DNA of 64,000 nucleotides from a virus (Duplodnaviria; Caudoviricetes): IMG/VR virus record IMGVR_UViG_651703099_000001, positions 8,333 to 72,332 of that record; one strand, 5' to 3'. Shown piece by piece: positions 44,144 to 53,885 of this stretch (position 1 is its first letter; each line of letters starts with the position of its first letter). The notes under the pieces were generated by a model. It saw only the letters and a program-made list of their open reading frames with translations, ran no database searches and was not told where the DNA came from. The position numbers and the translations under genes were made by a program.

Positions 44144-44983
44144 GTGGCCGAGACTTGTTTTAATCAGAGCGACTTCGACTATAGACGCGAGGAAGGCGTC
44201 AATCAGTCATCGCTCAAGAAGATCCTGGAGAGCCCTGCGCACTACCAGGCAGCCCTGAAGTTCAAGATGATCCCCACTCCCGCAATGGAGATGGGAACTG
44301 CTTTGCATTGTAGGGTGCTGGATGGAGCGACGGCATTTGACCGCCAGTACGTCAAGAAGCCTGATGGCCTGAGCTTGGCAACCAAGGAGGGCAAGGAGTG
44401 GAAGGCCGCCTTGGGTCGCAAGAAGGTTTTAGCTGAGGGGGGAAAGGATGATCCCTGGGGTAGCGTGCAGGGCATGGCTGAGTCCCTGCGCCGCCTGGAA
44501 TGGTTCTCTGGCACCGATGCGGAGTACATCAAGTACAACGAGGTCTCGATCTACTGGGACTGGGAGGGTGTCCGCTGCAAGGCCCGCCTGGACCGCGTAC
44601 TGGTTGACGAAGGTATCGTCCTGGATCTCAAGACCACCGACAGCGTCGAGCCGGACCTGTTCACCAAGAAGGTAGTTGGCCTGGGCTACGACTTCCAGGC
44701 GGCCTACTACGCCAAGGCGGCTGAGGTGGCCTTTGGCAAGCCCTTCAAGTTCATGTTCGCCGCTGTTGAGCGTAAGGCGCCGTACACCGTCGACATCTTC
44801 GACGTGAGTGATGCTATGATGGCCGAAGGCATGGCCAAGTGCACTGCCGCCCTCAGGCTCTATAAGACTTGTAACGACCTGGGCCGCTGGCCCAATCGTG
44901 AGCCTAGAATCCGCTCACTGGAGTATCCTTCCTGGTACACTCCATACGGCCAACCCACAACCGAGGAGGAGGACCTGTTTTGA
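44144..44983 (+). CDS. RecE/exonuclease VIII-like PD-(D/E)XK nuclease
   Basis: SSLK..SPAHY, GTALH, CKARLD, DLKTT, YDFQAAYY. Confidence 0.88.
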   Translation: MAETCFNQSDFDYRREEGVNQSSLKKILESPAHYQAALKFKMIPTPAMEMGTALHCRVLDGATAFDRQYVKKPDGLSLATKEGKEWKAALGRKKVLAEGGKDDPWGSVQGMAESLRRLEWFSGTDAEYIKYNEVSIYWDWEGVRCKARLDRVLVDEGIVLDLKTTDSVEPDLFTKKVVGLGYDFQAAYYAKAAEVAFGKPFKFMFAAVERKAPYTVDIFDVSDAMMAEGMAKCTAALRLYKTCNDLGRWPNREPRIRSLEYPSWYTPYGQPTTEEEDLF

Positions 44984-45162
44984 AGATCACGATTGAACTC
45001 GTCGACGGCTGGTGGGACTGGACCGTAGAGGGCGACGCTAACGCAAGAGCCCCTTACTGCGGTACCGCCGATACCTTCTTTGGCGCTTACGAAGGCATCG
45101 CTAGAACCATCCAGGACAAAAAGCGCCACCCCTACAACCCTAAAGTTCGCACGGAGTACTGA
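44980..45162 (+). CDS. hypothetical protein
   Basis: Coupled at both ends. Confidence 0.5.
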   Translation: MKITIELVDGWWDWTVEGDANARAPYCGTADTFFGAYEGIARTIQDKKRHPYNPKVRTEY

Positions 45163-45848
45163 TGGCCATTATCAACACCGACTACACCAAAGCCCTGTTC
45201 CCTCGCGTCAACCTCGAGTTTGTCACTCCCAACGCTGAGCGGTTCATGGGCTACGTGGCTCGTGTAAGCAATCCGCAGAACCAGGAGAACCCCAACGTCG
45301 CTGGCCTTCTAAAGTATTGCATCAAGCACGGCCACTGGAGCGTGTTCGAGCATGCTCAAATGACCCTGCAGATCACCACCACCCTGGACATCGCAACCCA
45401 GATCCTGCGCCACCGTAGCTTCTGCTTCCAGCAGCTCTCCAGGCGCTATGCAGGAGAGGCTGAGGCGCCCCTCAACATCCACCTGCCCCAACTGCGAGCA
45501 CCACACCCCAAGAACCGCCAGAAGAGCGTAGACGAGCTTCCTAGCGACACTCAGCTCTGGTTCCAAGCCAAGCTCGATGAGCACTTCCGCCAGGCCGAAG
45601 ACCTGTACAAGGCAATGCTCGAGCACGGTGTGGCCAAGGAATGTGCAAGGGCCATCCTCCCGCAAGCCGCAGAGACCACTCTGTACATGACGGGCAACTG
45701 CCGCTCGTGGATCCACTACATCTGCCTGCGCTCTGCCAACGGCACCCAGGAGGAACACCAGGCCGTGGCCCTCAAGGCCAAGGACATCTTCCGCGAGCAT
45801 TTCCCGTCTGTCGCGGCTGCACTCGATGAACTCAACTGGACAATCTGA
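45162..45848 (+). CDS. thyX: flavin-dependent thymidylate synthase
   Basis: HWSVFEH, QILRHRSFCFQQLSRRY, ECARAILP. Confidence 0.95.
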   Translation: MAIINTDYTKALFPRVNLEFVTPNAERFMGYVARVSNPQNQENPNVAGLLKYCIKHGHWSVFEHAQMTLQITTTLDIATQILRHRSFCFQQLSRRYAGEAEAPLNIHLPQLRAPHPKNRQKSVDELPSDTQLWFQAKLDEHFRQAEDLYKAMLEHGVAKECARAILPQAAETTLYMTGNCRSWIHYICLRSANGTQEEHQAVALKAKDIFREHFPSVAAALDELNWTI

Positions 45849-46150
45849 TGGCTGACATTCTTAAGATCGAACACATCGTCGACGGCAGTTACAGTCTCGA
45901 CGAGAACTTTCCTGGGTACAAATTCACCTTGAAGACTGAGGTTGATGATTTCTCGGTTACCGACTGGTTTAAGTTATTCGAGAAAGTGCTACTGTCTGCT
46001 GGCTTTAGTGAGTACGTCGTGATGAAGGGCTGCATGGAGCTGGCATTCAACTCGTGGCGAACCACGGAGAACATGCGGAAGCTCTATGCCGAATACGCCG
46101 ACGAGCTGGAGGGATTCAAGCCCGCTGGTAAACTACCAGACGAGGAGTGA
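45848..46150 (+). CDS. hypothetical protein
   Basis: TGATG coupling. Confidence 0.55.
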   Translation: MADILKIEHIVDGSYSLDENFPGYKFTLKTEVDDFSVTDWFKLFEKVLLSAGFSEYVVMKGCMELAFNSWRTTENMRKLYAEYADELEGFKPAGKLPDEE

Positions 46151-46785
46151 TTCCAGTCATGTCAGGCGATCCCAGCAGTTGGAAAGAGGCGGAGCCGCCC
46201 TACAATCCAGGGCCGATCTACAACTTTCGCAGGGGGTATCGGGTTCGCGAAGCTGGTCGTCACGAGACCGACAAGGAGTACCGCGCCTTCCAGACCTACA
46301 TGAATTTGGGGTCTGGGAGGTCTTATGCTGCGGTGGCAGAGATCGTTGAGCTGACAGAGGCCACCATCCAGAGCTATGCCGAGCGCTACGAATGGCAGCG
46401 CCGTGCCGCTAAGTGGGACCAGAAGCAGCTCACGGCCGCATTCAAGGACGCCAACAAGGTTGAGCGCACCCGCCACCGTCAGAGCATCGAAAAGTTCCGC
46501 CAGAGCCAGCAGGAGCAGGCTGAGAAGTTCGTTGCCGTGAGCAATGACCTGATGGCGGTGATCCAGAAGCGCATTGAGAAGGCCGACGCCGAAGGGGAGG
46601 AGATCCCGATGGCACTGGTGTCGGGCTTGATGCGGGCCGCGGCCAACATCTCCGAGCAGGGCCGCCAGGCTTGGGCCACATCCCTGGGCGTCAACGAGCT
46701 GATGCAAGTTGTTGACCAGGAGCTGGAGCAGGTTAGCGTCGAGGACGTGACCGACGATACCTACGACATTCCCCTCGACGAATAA
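46147..46785 (+). CDS. probable terminase small subunit
   Basis: HTH (RSYAAVA..W..RAAKWD) and coiled coil; directly upstream of TerL. Confidence 0.65.
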   Translation: MIPVMSGDPSSWKEAEPPYNPGPIYNFRRGYRVREAGRHETDKEYRAFQTYMNLGSGRSYAAVAEIVELTEATIQSYAERYEWQRRAAKWDQKQLTAAFKDANKVERTRHRQSIEKFRQSQQEQAEKFVAVSNDLMAVIQKRIEKADAEGEEIPMALVSGLMRAAANISEQGRQAWATSLGVNELMQVVDQELEQVSVEDVTDDTYDIPLDE

Positions 46786-46786
46786 A

Positions 46787-48310
46787 ATGGCCCAGAAACT
46801 CGGAAAAGACTACCTCCAGAAGGCCGCTTCTGGACAGGATCTGGTCAAGGCCGTCAAGGCCAAGAAGGCTGAGCGCCAACAGAACGGCAACAAGGTCGTC
46901 TTGTGGAAGTTCATCCGTCAGGTGTTCCCTAACTACAAATTCTACAAATTCCATGCAACAGTCATCGAGCAGCTTCAGCGAGTCCTCGACGGAGAATGCA
47001 ATCGACTCATACTTCAAGTCCCGCCTCGACACGGAAAGAGTCTATTGGCTTCGCAGCTCCTTCCTGCTGCTTATCTACTTGCTCATCCCGAGCGTTTTGT
47101 GGGTATTAGCTCCTACTCCGCAGAACTCTCTGAAGGATTCTCCCGCAAGGCCCGCGACTACTATCGTGAGGCAGGCGGCCTCCTGAATCCCTCCTCTCAG
47201 GCCGTAAATGCCTGGGGAACAGAGGGTGGCGGTGGCCTGTGGGCTGCTGGTGTTGGTGGTGCCATCACTGGTCGTTCTGGTCACCTGCTGATCATCGACG
47301 ACCCCGTGAAGAACCGCGAGGATGCCGAGAGCCCTCGTATGATGCAAAAGCTCAACGACTGGTACACCTCAACCCTGTACACACGTCTTGAGCCCCACGT
47401 GGGCGCCATTGTCGTGATTCAGACTCGGTGGTCTGAGAATGACATGATCGGGCAACTGCTCGAAAACGAAATGAACGTCTCGGAGAAGGGCCGTGAAAAC
47501 TGGACTATCGTGGATCTCCCAGCTCTTTACGAGGACGAGGGTGATCGACCGATCCTGCCGCCACACTGCGAAACGGTCGCTGACTGGCGTACCGAAGTGG
47601 GCGAAGCGCTTTGTCCCCAGCGTTACGACGTGGACGATCTGGAACGAATCCGTGAAGCTGTCGGTTCGCGAGACTTCGCCTCTCTATACCAGCAAAGGCC
47701 CGCCCCCGAGGGTGGCAACATGTTTAATCCTGAATGGTGGCAGTATTACAACCACGATAGCATTATGCCGAATTTCCAGCGTGTCATGCTGGCGGTTGAC
47801 GCTACCTTTACAGCTACCAAAAAAAGCGACTATGTCGTTGGGATTGTCGTTGGGCAAGCGGGGAGTCAGTTTTACGTGCTCGACCTCGTTAGAGAAAAGT
47901 TGGACGTGGTCGGTACAATGGCTATGATCGCCCGCATGTACAAACGCCATGCTCTCTCTGGTACTGTTATTGAGTTGGCTGCTTCTGGCTATGCTGTCTA
48001 CCAAATGATGAGCCAGAAGGTGCCTGGGCTGATTGGCTACAAGCCAGACAAGTCAAAGGAGGCCCGCGCCTCAGGTATTGTACCGATGGTCGAAGCAGGC
48101 AATATATACCTGCCCGCTAGCGCACCCTGGCTGGACGCCTTCATTAACGAGTTCTCGCTGTTCCCTGCGTCGAAAAACGATGACATGGTGGACGCCCTGA
48201 CGATGGCCGTCAACTACATGGCCCAGCGTACCGCTCCTCAGCTCACAACCGTGACCTGGGGCCGCGGCGACAAGGCGCTCCCGGAGGTGCCGCAGTACCG
48301 AGCTTGGTAA
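46787..48310 (+). CDS. terL: terminase large subunit
   Basis: PPRHGKS, LLIIDDP, QTRW, LYQQRP, DDMVDA. Confidence 0.95.
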   Translation: MAQKLGKDYLQKAASGQDLVKAVKAKKAERQQNGNKVVLWKFIRQVFPNYKFYKFHATVIEQLQRVLDGECNRLILQVPPRHGKSLLASQLLPAAYLLAHPERFVGISSYSAELSEGFSRKARDYYREAGGLLNPSSQAVNAWGTEGGGGLWAAGVGGAITGRSGHLLIIDDPVKNREDAESPRMMQKLNDWYTSTLYTRLEPHVGAIVVIQTRWSENDMIGQLLENEMNVSEKGRENWTIVDLPALYEDEGDRPILPPHCETVADWRTEVGEALCPQRYDVDDLERIREAVGSRDFASLYQQRPAPEGGNMFNPEWWQYYNHDSIMPNFQRVMLAVDATFTATKKSDYVVGIVVGQAGSQFYVLDLVREKLDVVGTMAMIARMYKRHALSGTVIELAASGYAVYQMMSQKVPGLIGYKPDKSKEARASGIVPMVEAGNIYLPASAPWLDAFINEFSLFPASKNDDMVDALTMAVNYMAQRTAPQLTTVTWGRGDKALPEVPQYRAW

Positions 48311-48316
48311 ACTATT

Positions 48317-48434
48317 GAGTTCCCGCTCTGCCTAGCATCGGGCCCGGTTCAGGAGGCGTCCGTTAACGTCTCCCCGATAGAGGCCAAGCCTCTGTGCGTC
48401 TCCGAGGCGTCTCACGCTTGGTCCATCCTTACTC
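48317..48434 (+). ncRNA. candidate structured non-coding RNA
   Basis: Non-coding gap with 4 stems and complementary ends, preceded by GGTAAACTAT. Confidence 0.45.
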
Positions 48435-48499
48435 GCTTCGCTAATAAACGCCCGTTATTAACCCGCCTGGTAGACTGGGTATCAGTTGTTCAGCCAGGT

Positions 48500-49235
48500 A
48501 TGGCACGGAAACCCGCCAAGTTCCAGCTCAATACGGAGCAGCAGAAGCTGGCTGCCGACAACCTGAACCTGGCTAGGCGGGAAGCGTGGCGTATACAGCG
48601 CTCAACTGGTATCGACTACCACACCCTGGAGTCGGTCGCCTTTGAAGGGCTGTGTAAGGCTGCCTACAGGTACGATGCCAGCAGGCCGCACCCCGTCACC
48701 GGCAAGAGCATGAAGTTCTCTTCGCTGGCCATTCCCACTATTCGTGGCGAGCTGCTGCACTGGGTGCGCGACAGAACGTACTCGATGCGCCTTAGCCACA
48801 AGATGCGCGAGCGCTGGGTCAAGGGCCGCAAGCTCCTGTATCGCGGCTCTACCGACATCGAGATCGCTGCCAGCCTGGGCATCCTTCTCGAGGAGTGGCA
48901 GGAAGTGCGTAAGGTATGCTCTGGCCCACCGCTGGAACTGAAGGACCAGGCCACCCCTACGGAGCCCCTGGAGCCCTCTGAGGTGGACTTCGCCTCGATA
49001 TACCTGGAACAGGCTAGTAACGCCATGAATGAGCTGCGGGGCGATCTACAGGACTACCTGGGTCAGATCGAGCTCTACCTCAACGGCAATGGCAGTCGCG
49101 TCCCCCAAGGCCGCTGTTGATGCGCTCCTCTCTACCGCTGGCTGCGCTACCACCGACTGGAGTCAAATGGATGTAAACTTACTTGACGGCTGGGAGGACG
49201 TTGGCGACGGTCGCCTGCAAGGTTCCCTCTTCTGA
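48500..49235 (+). CDS. SigF/SigB-like phage sigma factor lacking region 4; +1 shift at C5 (49102-49106) leads to C-terminal QGSLF
   Basis: NLNLARREAW, AFEGLCKAAYRYD, FSSLAIPTIRGELLHWVRD; as written it stops at 49120, while the +1 frame continues with coding-like codons to 49235. Confidence 0.8.
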
Positions 49236-49251
49236 CTGATATACTGGAAGC

Positions 49252-50856
49252 ATGGCAGTCTCCCCCGCGACCCTGCGTGCCATCAAGGCCGCACCCCTTT
49301 CTGCGCTTGTCGAAGCTACTGGTGCCCAGCTCAAGCGAGTCGGGCACGAGTTTCTGACGCAATGCCTCTGGCATGACGACAAGAACCCGTCGCTGACGAT
49401 CAATGATGACAAAGGCTTTTGCTTTTGCCACGTGTGCCGTGGCGGCGGTGACGCTATCGACTACCTGGGCCAACGCCGTGGATTGTCTTGGCGCGAAGCT
49501 GCAGAAGCGGCCGCCGATATTCTCGGAGTGCGTTTCGAGACAGACGACGAAGACCCAGAGGTAACTGCTCGTCGTAATGCCGAGCGGAAGGCCGCCATTG
49601 CTATCCTGGAGGCCGAGCAAGACGCCTACAAGGCCAACCTGCGTGCACCCCAGGCAGGACGCATCAGAGACCTGCTCAGGGCCCGTGGACTGACCGCTGA
49701 GGCCGCTCGTGAGTTCGGCATCGGCTTTGCTGCCCAGGGCTTTTTCGCTGGACGCATCACGCTACCGATCTACAACCACCGCAATGAGCTGGTGGGCTGG
49801 ACTGGTCGCGCCACCAAGGAAGATCAGACCGCCAAGTACAAGAACACCGAATCGAACGATTTGTTCGATAAGAAAACACTAATTTACAACGAGGTTCGCG
49901 CCAAGGAAGCCGCCAGGGAAGCAGGCTCGATCATCTTTGTCGAGGGCCATCTGGACGTGGTCAGCATGTGGCAGGCTGGCATCCGCAACGTGGTCGCAAT
50001 GCAGGGCACTGGTGCTCCAGATCCCTTGCTGCTACAGCGCCTGACCCGTAACATAAAGAACATTATATTATGCTACGACGGTGATGCTGGCGGTCGCAAA
50101 GCTACCGAGCAGTTCATCAAGGTGGCTGGCCCCATGGCCCTCGAGGGCAAGGTCAACCTCAGCGTGGCCACGCTGCCCGAGGGATCCGATCCTGATGAGG
50201 TGATCCGTTCTGGTGGCGACCTGTACAACTACCTAGCCAACGCAGACTCCTGGCTGGATTGGGTGATCGACACCTGGGCTTCCGCCCTGGACAAGAGCGA
50301 CACGGCCATGGTCACCGAGGTGGAGCAGAAGCTACGTGCCCTCATCGATGGCCTGCGTTCCAAGGCGCTGCGCACCCATTACATCGACAAGGCCGCCCGC
50401 GTCCTGACCGCTACCGAGAAGGAAGCAGAGAAGCTTGCCAAAGAGTGGGGCAACAGGGAGTTCTTCTCCTCTGAGGCCGAGTGGACGCCCCGCACGCCCC
50501 AGGAGGCCCGTCTGGCTGCTGAGCGTCGTCTGCTGCGCCTGTTTGTACACCGCGCTGCCCTGCGCAACCAGCTACTGCCTCTGCTCGAGCGCGTGTATCA
50601 CCCCGCCCTGCGCTGGCTCTCTGCACGCCTGGTGGAACTGCAGGAGAACTGCCCCCGCGACCTGACCCCTCACAGTGTCATGGCCGTCGCCCTAGTGGCC
50701 GAGCCCCACTACATGGAGCAACTGCGCACTCTCGTGATGCCAAATGTAATAATCGATGAAGACGGACCCGTGCTTCAGCACCTGGCCAGTATCCTGGAAG
50801 ATGAAGTGCTGTATCCAGCCACAGATGAACCTGACCCCGATCAGCCACCTGCGTGA
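49252..50856 (+). CDS. dnaG: DnaG-type primase
   Basis: CLWHDDKNPS..CHVC zinc finger, KYKN, VEGHLDV, YDGDAGG, DPDE. Confidence 0.93.
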   Translation: MAVSPATLRAIKAAPLSALVEATGAQLKRVGHEFLTQCLWHDDKNPSLTINDDKGFCFCHVCRGGGDAIDYLGQRRGLSWREAAEAAADILGVRFETDDEDPEVTARRNAERKAAIAILEAEQDAYKANLRAPQAGRIRDLLRARGLTAEAAREFGIGFAAQGFFAGRITLPIYNHRNELVGWTGRATKEDQTAKYKNTESNDLFDKKTLIYNEVRAKEAAREAGSIIFVEGHLDVVSMWQAGIRNVVAMQGTGAPDPLLLQRLTRNIKNIILCYDGDAGGRKATEQFIKVAGPMALEGKVNLSVATLPEGSDPDEVIRSGGDLYNYLANADSWLDWVIDTWASALDKSDTAMVTEVEQKLRALIDGLRSKALRTHYIDKAARVLTATEKEAEKLAKEWGNREFFSSEAEWTPRTPQEARLAAERRLLRLFVHRAALRNQLLPLLERVYHPALRWLSARLVELQENCPRDLTPHSVMAVALVAEPHYMEQLRTLVMPNVIIDEDGPVLQHLASILEDEVLYPATDEPDPDQPPA

Positions 50857-52096
50857 CGAGGTGCGTGATCTCTACGAAGAGATCGGCTCCTACCTCGGCA
50901 CTGCAGAGGCTCTCTACGCCCGACACCCTGGCTTGGCTAAACCAAACCAGCTTCGTGGCTACATCAAGACCGAGCTGAGCGCCCGCGAAATCGACTTTGA
51001 GACCGTCGGCGAGAACGTGCGCCTGGCTAAGCTGGTTCAGCGTCAAGCAGACGAAGCTCGCATCAAGAACAAGTCGTTCCGCGAGCACGCCCGCATCGAG
51101 AACGCCGTCATCGCCTACAACGAGGCCCTAGTGGCTGAACTGGAGCAGGTGGGCGAGAGCATGCAAGGCTGCGATCGTCGCAGTGGTCCCCTCGACCCAC
51201 AGGCTGCCGCCATGGTGATCCACCTGAGCGACAACCACTTCAACGAGCTGGTTAACCTGCCGACCAACCGCTTCGACTTCCAGGTCGCAGCAAAGCGTCT
51301 GCAACTGCTGGCCCAGAAGGCTAAGACCTTCGGCAAGGCATACGGCGTCGAGCGTGTGGTGGTGTTCTTCGGGGGCGACCTGATGAACAGCGACCGCCGC
51401 CTGGACGAGTTGCTGGCCATGAGCACCAACCGTGCCAAGGCCACCCTGCTGGCAGTCCACCTGTACAAGCAGTTCCTCCAGGACCTGCGTGCCGACTTCT
51501 TTGTCGACTGCTTCGGCGTTACCGGCAACGAGTCCCGCGCCAAGGAGAATCTGGGCTGGGTGGACGTGGTTGCAACTGACAACTACGACTTCACCATTTT
51601 CAGCATGCTGCAGGTGATCTTCGAGGCCGTCGAAGACAAGGGCATGCGGTTCCACGACTTCAACGCCAACGAGGTCGTGTTCAGGCTGCACAACGAGACC
51701 TTCCTGGGCGTGCATGGCCACCAGGTCAATGCCACCGACCAAAAGAAGTGCCAGGCCATCATCGGCAAGTATGCTGCCAAGGGGATCAACATCAGCCACA
51801 TCCTCTGCGGCCACATCCACGCCACCGTTGTCTCCGACTATGTTTCGCGTAACGCTTCCTTGGTTGGCTCCAATGCCTACTCAGAAGAGGCTCTGGGCTT
51901 CGTCAGTAAGGCTGCGCAAAATGTCCACCTTGTTACACCCCAAGGACTGGACGGTATCAAGTGTGACCTTCAGAACATCGAAGGGGTCGATGGTTACGAT
52001 ATCATCGAAGCACTTGAGGCCTACAATGCTCGTTCGGCCGAAAAGGCTCACGAAGCTATGGTTGAGCCTCAGACGATTATTCGCGTGGTGATCTGA
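50825..52096 (+). CDS. calcineurin-like metallophosphoesterase
   Basis: LSDNH, GGDL, GNE, HGH, GHIH. Confidence 0.8.
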   Translation: MNLTPISHLRDEVRDLYEEIGSYLGTAEALYARHPGLAKPNQLRGYIKTELSAREIDFETVGENVRLAKLVQRQADEARIKNKSFREHARIENAVIAYNEALVAELEQVGESMQGCDRRSGPLDPQAAAMVIHLSDNHFNELVNLPTNRFDFQVAAKRLQLLAQKAKTFGKAYGVERVVVFFGGDLMNSDRRLDELLAMSTNRAKATLLAVHLYKQFLQDLRADFFVDCFGVTGNESRAKENLGWVDVVATDNYDFTIFSMLQVIFEAVEDKGMRFHDFNANEVVFRLHNETFLGVHGHQVNATDQKKCQAIIGKYAAKGINISHILCGHIHATVVSDYVSRNASLVGSNAYSEEALGFVSKAAQNVHLVTPQGLDGIKCDLQNIEGVDGYDIIEALEAYNARSAEKAHEAMVEPQTIIRVVI

Positions 52097-52578
52097 TGTA
52101 CACCGTCGTTCACCTGACAGAGGAAGAGAAGCTCCTTGCCAAGGCAGAGGGGCATCGCCGCCAATCGGTGAACGAGTCCAGTGGGGTCAAGGGCAGGAAC
52201 CTTGGCCCCGAGAAGGGGGCCGCTGCTCTTCGCATGCACGTTATCGGTGCTGGCGGCGAGATGGCGGTGGCCTCCTTGCTTGGACTCAAGGACCACCTCT
52301 ATCTGGACAAGTCTCCGCGCAGGGGGTCAGCAGACCTGCCGGGGCGCATTGATGTTAAGACGAGGGCCAAACACTATTACGATCTCCTTTGCCAGAAAGA
52401 CGAGGAGGACGACAAGGTGCTAGTGTTGGTAACCATTGAAAACAAGGAGATCCGAGTTCATGGCTGGATAGAGTCCAGCAAAGCCAAGGACCCAGCCTAC
52501 TGGCAAGAATTCGTCCCAGGCCGGGGCTGCTATGCCGTCCCCCAATCCACCCTCAATCCGATCGAAACCCTCAAATGA
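52096..52578 (+). CDS. PD-(D/E)XK-like nuclease
   Basis: GEMAVA..D..IDVKT. Confidence 0.6.
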   Translation: MYTVVHLTEEEKLLAKAEGHRRQSVNESSGVKGRNLGPEKGAAALRMHVIGAGGEMAVASLLGLKDHLYLDKSPRRGSADLPGRIDVKTRAKHYYDLLCQKDEEDDKVLVLVTIENKEIRVHGWIESSKAKDPAYWQEFVPGRGCYAVPQSTLNPIETLK

Positions 52579-52766
52579 CTGCCACCATCCACACCATCCC
52601 GAATTGCCCCTGGTGCATCCGCGCCAAGAAGCTCCTGGAGCTGATGGGGGTCGAATATGAAGAAGTGTCTGGAAAACACCCAGACTGGCCCACCGCCCCC
52701 TATATTGTCCTTGACGGGAATCCTATTGGTGGATTCACAGAACTGGCTAACCACGCCAGGTCCTGA
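52575..52766 (+). CDS. glutaredoxin
   Basis: CPWC, TAP, IGGF. Confidence 0.9.
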   Translation: MTATIHTIPNCPWCIRAKKLLELMGVEYEEVSGKHPDWPTAPYIVLDGNPIGGFTELANHARS

Positions 52767-52867
52767 CCGTCCAAACCACCCGAGACCATTCTCACACCAA
52801 CGCAGCCCAGGCCCCCCTGGGCTTTTGCGTTAGTCACTGAAATGGTTGTCGGCAACCGAGCCAACCA

Positions 52868-53470
52868 ATGCGTCTTTATGTATCCGCACTGCCCATCCTC
52901 ATCCTGAGCGGCCCCGTTTCAACCGCACAGGTCATCCATCCACCCCTTAAAACCAACCCAATCGTTCCAGTAGCCAACGTCATTGCCAAGGGCGAGGGCA
53001 ACTGGGATTCCGTCAACCGTGGCCGAGCAGGCGACACCCCAGGCGGAATCAAATCTCTAACTGGCAAGTCCTTCTCCAGCCACACCGTCGGCGAAGTACG
53101 ATCCCTCCAGCGCAGCAGGATCTATGCCGTCGGCCGCTACCAGCTCATTCCCAGCACGCTCTCCTACGCCGTCCAGAAGGCTGGCGTGCAGGCCAGTGAG
53201 CGATTCACCCCAGAGGTGCAGAACCGCCTCCTACAGGCCCTCCTGGATCACAAGCGCCCGTCGATCGGCGCTTACATCCGCGGGGAACATAACAACCTGG
53301 ACCTGGCCCTCCGCGCCATGGCCCTCGAGTGGTCATCGGTCGCCTGGACCAGTGGCCGCAGCTACTACGGTGGCAGCAACCGCTCTCATGTTACGAGAGA
53401 TGAAGCAGGGGTTGCACTCCGCAGAGCCAGGGATCTATACTCGGGGAGTCCAATGGAGACATCCCAATGA
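52868..53470 (+). CDS. secreted lysozyme-like protein
   Basis: Signal-peptide-like N-terminus; IAKGE, AVGRYQLIPSTL, FTPEVQ, EWSS. Confidence 0.75.
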   Translation: MRLYVSALPILILSGPVSTAQVIHPPLKTNPIVPVANVIAKGEGNWDSVNRGRAGDTPGGIKSLTGKSFSSHTVGEVRSLQRSRIYAVGRYQLIPSTLSYAVQKAGVQASERFTPEVQNRLLQALLDHKRPSIGAYIRGEHNNLDLALRAMALEWSSVAWTSGRSYYGGSNRSHVTRDEAGVALRRARDLYSGSPMETSQ

Positions 53471-53622
53471 AAGACTTCACGGTGATCTACCAGGACTGCA
53501 ACGGCATCAAGCGCGAGTTCTACGTCAAAGCTGACTCGGTCTGCCATGCTACGCTGTCCGCTCGCGAGCTACTCCCCCAGTGTGTCGAGATTGTCCGCGT
53601 ATACCACGACCCCAACTGGTAA
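53467..53622 (+). CDS. 51-aa hypothetical protein
   Basis: ATGA overlap; open frame. Confidence 0.5.
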   Translation: MKDFTVIYQDCNGIKREFYVKADSVCHATLSARELLPQCVEIVRVYHDPNW

Positions 53623-53627
53623 CCCTT

Positions 53628-53885
53628 ATGGCTAAAGTATTCAAGGATCCCGAAGCCACCAAGCTTTGCGACGACATCCGATGGCTCTACAATGTCAATC
53701 CCAGGGGAGGCTGGGTAGCAAGACCACGCCACGGAGCCAAGCAAATTGTTGTTGGGCATCCTGATTATTGTAACGACCTGGACATTTCAACCCAGGTCGA
53801 CGCCCTGATCTCGTCCATCAACCACCTGGGACTGGCCGAGGCTATCGGCTACACCGTCGTCAACCTCGCCTACGACCCTTCATGA
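53628..53885 (+). CDS. hypothetical protein
   Basis: Packed ORF. Confidence 0.55.
   Translation: MAKVFKDPEATKLCDDIRWLYNVNPRGGWVARPRHGAKQIVVGHPDYCNDLDISTQVDALISSINHLGLAEAIGYTVVNLAYDPS

Noticed and set aside
48311-48499. tRNA or tmRNA in the gap
   Set aside because: No TTCGA T-loop, acceptor stem or CCA end on either strand
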